This document shows, in pieces, positions 57,962-64,000 of a stretch of DNA of 64,000 nt. Each line of letters starts with the position of its first letter. Positions within the stretch are counted from its first letter, which is position 1. The position numbers were made by a program, and so were the translations under genes. Under the pieces are notes generated by a model. That model searched no databases, had not been told where the DNA came from, and was given only the letters and a program-made list of their open reading frames with translations. The stretch is from Candidatus Pacebacteria bacterium CG_4_9_14_0_2_um_filter_40_15. Its GTDB lineage: Bacteria > Patescibacteriota > Microgenomatia > UBA1400 > PJMF01. Location: assembly GCA_002788675.1 (NCBI GenBank), contig PFRS01000005.1, positions 3,731-67,730 of the forward strand, written 5' to 3'.

Positions 57962-59398
57962 ATGAAAAATACAGACGTTAGAACTCGAATGGCCCCTAGT
58001 CCAACAGGCGATATGCATGTAGGTAGTATGGGTGTACTCCTCAAAAATTACGCTTTTGCTAAAAAAAATGGTGGAAAATTTATTTTACGCATTGAAGATA
58101 CCGATAAGGAACGTGAGGTTCCAGGAGCCATTGGCAGAATTCAAGATATTATAACGGCCTATGGTTTAGATTGGGATGAAGGACCAGGAAAAGGCGGTGC
58201 GTACGGTCCGTATATTCAATCTGAACGCATGCAGTTATATACAGACATGGCTAACGATTTAATCAAAAAAGGTAAAGCGTACTACTGCACCTGTTCAAGA
58301 GAGAGACTTGAAACACTCAGAGATTCTCAACGTGCCGCAAAAGTACCACCAAAATACGACAAATTCTGTCGAGATCGTCAGGATGAGGTTTCTCGGGAAA
58401 TTGCAGCTGGCAAAGATTACGTTATCCGTTTAAAGACACCAGACAATCAAGATGTTACTTTCACCGATCTGCTTAGAGGTAAAATTACCTTTAATACAGC
58501 CTCAATCGATGATCAAGTACTCCTTAAGTCTGATGGCTACCCAACCTATCACTTAGCTGTGGTTGTAGATGATCATAGTATGAATATCTCTCACATCATG
58601 CGTGGAGAAGAATGGATTAGTTCTACCCCAAAACATGTTCTTCTCTATCATGCATTCGAGTGGGATATGCCAGTGTTTGCCCATATGCCAATCTATTTAA
58701 ATCCAGATGGCAAGGGAAAGATGAGTAAACGAAAAGGCACCGTTTCTGCACAATCGTTCCTTGATAGAGGGTATCTTCCTGAAGCACTCTTAAATTTCTT
58801 CATGATCCTTGGCTGGGCACATCCAGAAGAAAAAGAAATTTTGACACTCGACGAGTACATTCAACACTTTGATCCCAAAGATGTCAGTTCAAAATCAGTT
58901 GTGTTTGATCTTAAAAAACTTGACTGGATAAATGGAATGTATATTCGCCAGTTATCACTCTCTGAACTTGAAACCAAAATAGCACCTTTTGTCCCAAATA
59001 CTTTCCCAACTGAAATGGTAAGTGGAGTTTTGCCTCTGATTCATGAAAGACTTGAAAAACTTTCAGACTTTGAAGAATTGACCACCTTCTTTATAGGTGA
59101 CATTGAAATACCAACGGACTTGTTACTTAAAAAAAGTACTGCTTCTGATGTTGCCCAACAGTTAGAACAGACAATTACAGGTCTTGAAGAATCAACAGAT
59201 TGGACCATAGAGTCAATTGAGACAGTAATTCGATCATTACAAGAAAAACACAACTGGAAACGAAATCAGTACTTTATGATGATCAGAGTCGCAACTACTG
59301 GTAAAAAAGCAACACCTCCATTGTTTGAAACTATGCAGCTTATAGGAAAACCAGGTATACTGGAACGATTAAGAACTGCTTTGCAAAACTGCAATTAG
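57962..59398 (+). CDS. gltX: glutamyl-tRNA synthetase
   Basis: PSPTGDMHVGS (HIGH-class motif) and KMSKRKG (KMSKS). The start is taken at the internal Met (MKNTDV); the ORF track begins at 57809. Confidence 0.85.
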   Translation: MKNTDVRTRMAPSPTGDMHVGSMGVLLKNYAFAKKNGGKFILRIEDTDKEREVPGAIGRIQDIITAYGLDWDEGPGKGGAYGPYIQSERMQLYTDMANDLIKKGKAYYCTCSRERLETLRDSQRAAKVPPKYDKFCRDRQDEVSREIAAGKDYVIRLKTPDNQDVTFTDLLRGKITFNTASIDDQVLLKSDGYPTYHLAVVVDDHSMNISHIMRGEEWISSTPKHVLLYHAFEWDMPVFAHMPIYLNPDGKGKMSKRKGTVSAQSFLDRGYLPEALLNFFMILGWAHPEEKEILTLDEYIQHFDPKDVSSKSVVFDLKKLDWINGMYIRQLSLSELETKIAPFVPNTFPTEMVSGVLPLIHERLEKLSDFEELTTFFIGDIEIPTDLLLKKSTASDVAQQLEQTITGLEESTDWTIESIETVIRSLQEKHNWKRNQYFMMIRVATTGKKATPPLFETMQLIGKPGILERLRTALQNCN

Positions 59399-59414
59399 CA
59401 GTAAATAACAAATT

Positions 59415-60323
59415 ATGCCTGCCAACATATCAAAAGTCCAGCTTCTACTAGACCGAGAGCTTGAGAAAAAGATTACTGAAGCCCCATTAGAGCTCCGAAG
59501 CATTGAAGAACTCTTTTCCGAAGAAGGTGTTTTTAGGGGACCTGATGTCTTTATTCAAGATGATAGAGACGAGCCAGGCAATGTGCCGCCAAATACAGGT
59601 GAACCTAGTCCAAATCAACCAACTACTGTAAGTGATTCAGTAAATTCAATACTACAACAAGAAAAGAAAAATTCGCACCTTTTTTCACAAATATCTAAAG
59701 AGGAAACGGAAGATATCCTCGCTAAACTGTCAGATCTAGTGAGAATGCCACCCGGCCAGTTAGATTCAGAATCAGAACTCTATTTAGAACAACAACTCAG
59801 TGAGGTACTTGGTTTTCAGGTTAGCAGCGAATTAGAGGGACATCGCTTACTTTATAACACTGGAAAAGTCACAGCCATGCCACACATTAAACTGCACCCC
59901 ACAGATACTCTCCAGTCACATGCTCACCCATACGCTGGGCTCAGTAAACACAGAGGGGCTTACGGCTGGTTCCTCGAGCAAGGCAAAGTAAGTGATGAAT
60001 CTGAAAAACTAGAAAAATACTACTGTGCTCTACCTCTCTACTACTTTCCAGAATGGCAAACTGATTCTAAAGCAGTTAAAAAATGGTACAAACATACAAA
60101 AATTATCATACTAAATCCAATTGAAAACACTGCTGTAATCTGTGCTGTAGGTACTATCGGGCCCCTGACACAATCCCGATATCAATTTGGAGCATCACCT
60201 GAGACAATAATTGCTGGCAAAATCTGGAGTCCGCAAGCAGCTGGTAGAGTTCTAATCTTATTTATTGAAGACACTGAAAATACAATTCCACTTGGACCAA
60301 GAAAACTATTTAAAGAAATATAA
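59415..60323 (+). CDS. hypothetical protein, possible C-terminal RlpA/3D-like double-psi beta-barrel domain
   Basis: The C-terminal AVICAVGTIGPLTQSRYQFGASPETIIAGKIW loosely resembles V.V.DrGP......D.S......LG of DPBB proteins. Confidence 0.4.
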   Translation: MPANISKVQLLLDRELEKKITEAPLELRSIEELFSEEGVFRGPDVFIQDDRDEPGNVPPNTGEPSPNQPTTVSDSVNSILQQEKKNSHLFSQISKEETEDILAKLSDLVRMPPGQLDSESELYLEQQLSEVLGFQVSSELEGHRLLYNTGKVTAMPHIKLHPTDTLQSHAHPYAGLSKHRGAYGWFLEQGKVSDESEKLEKYYCALPLYYFPEWQTDSKAVKKWYKHTKIIILNPIENTAVICAVGTIGPLTQSRYQFGASPETIIAGKIWSPQAAGRVLILFIEDTENTIPLGPRKLFKEI

Positions 60324-60327
60324 AGCT

Positions 60328-60657
60328 ATGAATACCCGAATACTGAGCACCACATTCATAGGAGAAGCCCTTGAAATTTCATTATTGGAAGATATTCTTG
60401 ATGCATACCCAGATGAGAATGAATCAGAACTACTCAAAAAAGTAATCGCCATTATAAGTTTAAGTACACTCAGTCTAGCTTTTGAAAGTATCGAAGATAT
60501 GCATCAAAAAGCTGCTTTTCTCTCAGCTGTACCCCAATTACTCTCACTAGAATTAACACTTTCAAACGTATCAAGATTTAGACCTGAATTACCACAAATC
60601 TTAACAGAACATATTACCCGGTCTTTGCTTTCACTCCGTACTAAACTTATCACCTAG
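60328..60657 (+). CDS. hypothetical protein (109 aa)
   Basis: An internal Met start 5 nt after the upstream stop avoids the 59-nt overlap implied by the track ORF 60265..60657. Confidence 0.35.
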   Translation: MNTRILSTTFIGEALEISLLEDILDAYPDENESELLKKVIAIISLSTLSLAFESIEDMHQKAAFLSAVPQLLSLELTLSNVSRFRPELPQILTEHITRSLLSLRTKLIT

Positions 60658-60713
60658 CTGCAGATCCTCATCTAGAATCTCTTGTAAAAATATAATAGAA
60701 TGACATTCGTGCT

Positions 60714-61103
60714 ATGATTCAAATTAATCTCTATATAGGCTCAAGATATCCCGTTAACCGTGCTAAACTTCGTGCTGCTGCAAAAGCGGTGCTTGCAAAC
60801 AATGGCATTTCGCATGCCCAAGTTGATATATCAGTTGTCGGAAAACGAAAAATTAAAGCACTGAACGAATCAAAGCTTAAACATGAAGGCACTACCGATG
60901 TGCTCTCTTTTCCAATTCATGAAAAACATAAATTAGATGATTTTCCACTTCCAGAAGGTATTCCGCCACATCTGGGCGACATTATGATTAGTTTTCCAGA
61001 AGCAGTAAACACAGCAAAAAAGTATGGCAAGATGGTTGATGACCAAATTTGTTTCTATCTCCAACACGGGATGATGCACTTGCTCGGGTACCATCACGAT
61101 TAA
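60714..61103 (+). CDS. ybeY: rRNA maturation endoribonuclease YbeY
   Basis: HGMMHLLGYHHD at the C-terminus is the H..HLLGYDH zinc motif. Confidence 0.8.
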   Translation: MIQINLYIGSRYPVNRAKLRAAAKAVLANNGISHAQVDISVVGKRKIKALNESKLKHEGTTDVLSFPIHEKHKLDDFPLPEGIPPHLGDIMISFPEAVNTAKKYGKMVDDQICFYLQHGMMHLLGYHHD

Positions 61104-61104
61104 T

Positions 61105-62742
61105 ATGTCATGGAATAGAAAATATCGACCTCAAAAAATTGCAGACTTACACCTAACAAGCGTAAGAGATAATTTACAATCACTCATAAATCAAAAGAAT
61201 ATTCCGCAGGTATTTCTCTTTGCAGGTCCAAAAGGCACGGGCAAAACAAGTTCTTCAAGAATTCTTGGGGCCGTACTTAATTGGTATAAAAATGCGGAAA
61301 TAGTAGAAAAAATTTTTGAGAAAAAAATAAATGGCTCTGATATAGCTGGCAACATTACCGATGATTACTCACTTGAAGATAATCCTAAAAAAGATACTGA
61401 TCAAAAAGCCTTCATTCAAAAGATTCTTAAAGGTAACTCGTTTGTTGTCCAAGAAATGGATGCAGCCTCAAATCGCGGTATAGACAACATACGTGAACTT
61501 AAAGAACGCATTGCTCTACCACCTCAAGAAGGAAATATGACAGTGTATATTCTTGATGAAGCTCACATGCTCACCACAGAAGCCTTTAATGCACTCTTAA
61601 AAGTGCTAGAAGAGCCTCCTGCACATGTTATTTTTATTCTTGCCACTACCGAACTTCATAAAATACCAGAAACCATCGTTTCAAGGTGTCATGTAGTTAC
61701 TTTCACCAAAGCTTCAACCAAAGAAATTATTGACTCTCTAGATAAAATACTAACATTGGAAAAAATAGTGGCAGACAAAGAGGCACTCCAAATAATTGCT
61801 GAGCATGCCGATGGGAGTTTTCGGGACGGTATTAAGTTGCTAGAAATGCTCACCAAAAATGGCAAACTAACTCTTGAATCTGTGACTACTGGCCTAGCAG
61901 CAACCTCTAAAGCGCAATTTATTGAACTCATCACTGCGATTACTTCAAAAGATGCAGAATCTGTTGTTACTCTATTTCAAAGCCTGAGAATGCAAGGAAC
62001 AAACGAGAAATACTTCCATACACAATTGGTCTCACTCTTACACCAAACACTACTATCACACCATGGCATTGGTTCTGCTCCATTCACACTTTCTGAAGCA
62101 GCCACCATCTTTTTACTTAAAGAATTTGTTTCATCAGATCTCTCTAGCATGAGTATCATTCCACTCTTACAGCTTGAACTTGCGTCATTAGAAATAATTT
62201 CACGAGCAAAGCAACAAAAATCAGCAAAAAAAGTACAATCAAAAGCCGAGCTTATGGGCCAGGTGCCAACCATCACACTTCCCATTGCATACTCAGATCA
62301 AGACAGTAATACGACCCCGACAAAAAAAGAAATTAAATCAAGGCAAACAATTGAGAAGGAATTGATAACATCGCAACCAGTCTCAGTTGCCACAGATAGT
62401 TCACTCCCACAAGGGGATGCACAAAAGATATATTCTGATTGGCATGGATTTGTTGATGAGGTATCAAAAGACAACTCTACAATTGGAGCACTACTCAGAT
62501 CAGCTCGCCCACTTTCAGCTCAGAAACATACCCTAGTAGTTGGTGTTTACTATACCTTCCATAAAGAGCAACTTTCAGAACATAAGTTTTTAACAAAAAT
62601 TCAGGATACCGTGACTGAATTCACCGGTGGTGTGATCGAATTCATTTTTGAACTGGTCTCTCCACCTCAAGTTGCTGAATTACACAACCCTTCGTCAGAG
62701 GTAAAAGACCTTGCCCAACTAGCCAGTGAGAGCTTGATGTAG
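61105..62742 (+). CDS. dnaX: DNA polymerase III subunit gamma/tau
   Basis: KYRPQKIADL, GPKGTGKTS (Walker A), MDAASNRGIDNIRE, ILDEAHML and SRC (sensor). Atypical: it has no Cys-rich Zn module. Confidence 0.85.
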   Translation: MSWNRKYRPQKIADLHLTSVRDNLQSLINQKNIPQVFLFAGPKGTGKTSSSRILGAVLNWYKNAEIVEKIFEKKINGSDIAGNITDDYSLEDNPKKDTDQKAFIQKILKGNSFVVQEMDAASNRGIDNIRELKERIALPPQEGNMTVYILDEAHMLTTEAFNALLKVLEEPPAHVIFILATTELHKIPETIVSRCHVVTFTKASTKEIIDSLDKILTLEKIVADKEALQIIAEHADGSFRDGIKLLEMLTKNGKLTLESVTTGLAATSKAQFIELITAITSKDAESVVTLFQSLRMQGTNEKYFHTQLVSLLHQTLLSHHGIGSAPFTLSEAATIFLLKEFVSSDLSSMSIIPLLQLELASLEIISRAKQQKSAKKVQSKAELMGQVPTITLPIAYSDQDSNTTPTKKEIKSRQTIEKELITSQPVSVATDSSLPQGDAQKIYSDWHGFVDEVSKDNSTIGALLRSARPLSAQKHTLVVGVYYTFHKEQLSEHKFLTKIQDTVTEFTGGVIEFIFELVSPPQVAELHNPSSEVKDLAQLASESLM

Positions 62743-62790
62743 TAGAATTGACACCACAAGCAGTAGTAATGAAGTGTATAAAAGGAATAT

Positions 62791-63075
62791 ATGGCAAATC
62801 CATTTAAAGCATTAGGAGATATCAACAATCTTCGTAAACAGGCAAAACAAATGCAGGATGAACTTTCAGCTGAGACAATTCGTGTTGAAGAAGGTGACAT
62901 CGTTGTTGAAATAACTGGAGCACAAGAAATTAAAACTTTTTCTGTTCAAGGCATTTCGAGTGATGAAGCAGTAAACGTGCTTAATAAAGCAATTAAAAAG
63001 TCTCAAGAGTTAGCTGCAAAAAAACTTCAGTCAATGACAGGTGGACTTGGTGGGATGCTCGGAGGAGGAAATTAA
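62791..63075 (+). CDS. ybaB: nucleoid-associated protein YbaB/EbfC
   Basis: 94 aa. Has the QAKQMQDEL motif and a Gly-rich GGLGGMLGG tail. Confidence 0.8.
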   Translation: MANPFKALGDINNLRKQAKQMQDELSAETIRVEEGDIVVEITGAQEIKTFSVQGISSDEAVNVLNKAIKKSQELAAKKLQSMTGGLGGMLGGGN

Positions 63076-63079
63076 CCTC

Positions 63080-63661
63080 GTGGAACTTTTGCTTGCGACA
63101 GCTAACAAAGGAAAAATCGCCGAGTTACAAACTCTGTGCAAATCTGCAAATATCATAGTTTACTCAATTAATGACGTCAATGTCCCTAATCTTGACGTAG
63201 AAGAAACAGGTAAGACATTTGCTGAAAATGCAGAGCTAAAAGCTCGTGCTTTTGCACAAGCTACCCAATTACCCGTTTTAGCAGATGATTCTGGACTCGA
63301 AGTCGATGCTCTTGGCGGCGCACCAGGTGTCAAGAGTGCTCGCTGGGTTGCGGGTAGTGATGAAGACAGAAATGCGGCACTTCTTACAGAACTAAGTGGT
63401 AGTACTAACAGAAATGCACGATTTAAAACGGTAGTTTGTTACCTCGCTACACCAGACTCAAATCCCCTCTTTTTTGATGGTGAAATATCTGGTACTATTG
63501 CTACCACGCCAACCGGTTCAGAAGGCTTTGGATATGATCCAATTTTCATTCCAAAAGGCTTTACAGAGTCATTTGCACAGTTAGGTGTAGAAACAAAGAA
63601 TCGACTCTCTCATAGAGCCAAAGCATTTGCCAAGGTGGTTGCTCACCTTCAAAAAAAATAA
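63080..63661 (+). CDS. rdgB: non-canonical purine NTP pyrophosphatase (RdgB/HAM1)
   Basis: LLLATANKGKIAEL, FKTVVCY and GFGYDPIF. GTG start with a GGAGGAGGA SD; the track ORF begins at 63041. Confidence 0.75.
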   Translation: MELLLATANKGKIAELQTLCKSANIIVYSINDVNVPNLDVEETGKTFAENAELKARAFAQATQLPVLADDSGLEVDALGGAPGVKSARWVAGSDEDRNAALLTELSGSTNRNARFKTVVCYLATPDSNPLFFDGEISGTIATTPTGSEGFGYDPIFIPKGFTESFAQLGVETKNRLSHRAKAFAKVVAHLQKK

Positions 63662-63673
63662 TAGGAAGAGTTC

Positions 63674-64000
63674 ATGAAACAGGTTTATACTCCTTCAAAA
63701 AAGGTACTGGAAAATTACGCTAACGTGCTGGTTAATTTTGCACTAGGTGGCGGTCGTGGCATTAGCACTGGAGATGTAGTACAACTTGCAGTACCTGATA
63801 TTGCCACTCCTCTCGCACTTGAACTTCAGAATGCTGTGTTAAAAGCGGGTGGTCATCCGTTAGTAAGAATTGTACCGAGTAATTTTGATAAAGACTTCTT
63901 TGCCTATGCAGATACTGCCCAACTCACCTTTTTTCCAGAAGATTATCTAAGAGAAAAAGCTAAAATGCTTGACCACACCGTAAGCATCATAGCTGACATA
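63674..64000 (+). CDS. M29 family aminopeptidase (AmpS/PepS-like), N-terminal fragment
   Basis: LENYANVLVNFAL...VQLAVPDIATPLALELQNAVLKAGGHPLV follows the M29 N-terminal pattern. Truncated by the window end. Confidence 0.5.
   Translation, partial: MKQVYTPSKKVLENYANVLVNFALGGGRGISTGDVVQLAVPDIATPLALELQNAVLKAGGHPLVRIVPSNFDKDFFAYADTAQLTFFPEDYLREKAKMLDHTVSIIADI

Noticed and set aside
60658-60713. Candidate promoter TTGTAA..TATAAT upstream of ybeY
   Set aside because: The spacing between the hexamers is only about 3 nt. This is not a functional sigma70 geometry.
1-64000. CRISPR arrays, tRNA/rRNA genes, transposases/integrases
   Set aside because: Intergenic regions are all under 240 nt and contain no cloverleaf-like or repeat-spacer structure. 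No protein showed DDE-transposase, tyrosine/serine-recombinase or Cas motifs.
1-64000. Alternative genetic code (e.g. UGA=Gly as in Gracilibacteria/Absconditabacteria)
   Set aside because: ORFs are long and uninterrupted under code 11, with conserved motifs in frame. There is no sign of in-frame TGA within recognisable domains.

Overview
AT-rich bacterial chromosome segment; the one promoter called fits a sigma70 consensus, Shine-Dalgarno sites are present and intrinsic terminators are visible. Genes are densely packed, often with 1-4 nt overlaps; ORFs are long and intact under the standard bacterial code. No rRNA, tRNA, CRISPR array, transposase or integrase was seen.

Positions 1-51.5 kb are dominated by cell-envelope glycosylation genes:
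- At least 17 multi-pass GT-C-type membrane glycosyltransferase paralogs: PMT/ArnT-like (COG1807-type DE...G.D.HG..WP..SFGD.K.P motif), YfhO-like, a PIG-V/GT87-like protein and an uncharacterised tandem pair.
- 12 GT2 genes and 3 GT4 genes (soluble or membrane-associated). Three of the GT2 look like polyprenol-phosphate-sugar synthases (DPM1/ArnC/CsbB-like) and sit beside small multi-TM partner proteins (LAB_N-like, GtrA/DUF2304-like).
- Nucleotide-sugar enzymes: UDP-GlcA 4-epimerase-like, GalE, Fcl, RfbB/C/D.
- A Wzx-type flippase and an LCP (LytR-CpsA-Psr) ligase, which suggest a monoderm-type wall-glycopolymer pathway.

The 3' end (55.5-64 kb) is housekeeping: trmD, gltX, ybeY, dnaX, ybaB, rdgB and a partial M29 aminopeptidase. 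The dnaX here lacks the usual Zn-binding Cys module.

A 4-kb island of non-glycosylation hypothetical genes lies at 6.3-10.5 kb. It includes a 761-aa protein with a kinase-like C-terminal motif in which the catalytic Asp appears replaced by His.

Main candidate novelty: a hyper-expanded, tightly packed lipid-carrier-dependent (GT-C) glycosylation gene array. It looks like a multi-enzyme system for extracytoplasmic decoration of a wall polymer or surface (glyco)proteins. All assignments come from motif-level reading of the translations, with no database search. Lineage cannot be determined from the sequence alone; a Patescibacteria/CPR-like or Firmicutes-like monoderm is plausible but unproven.
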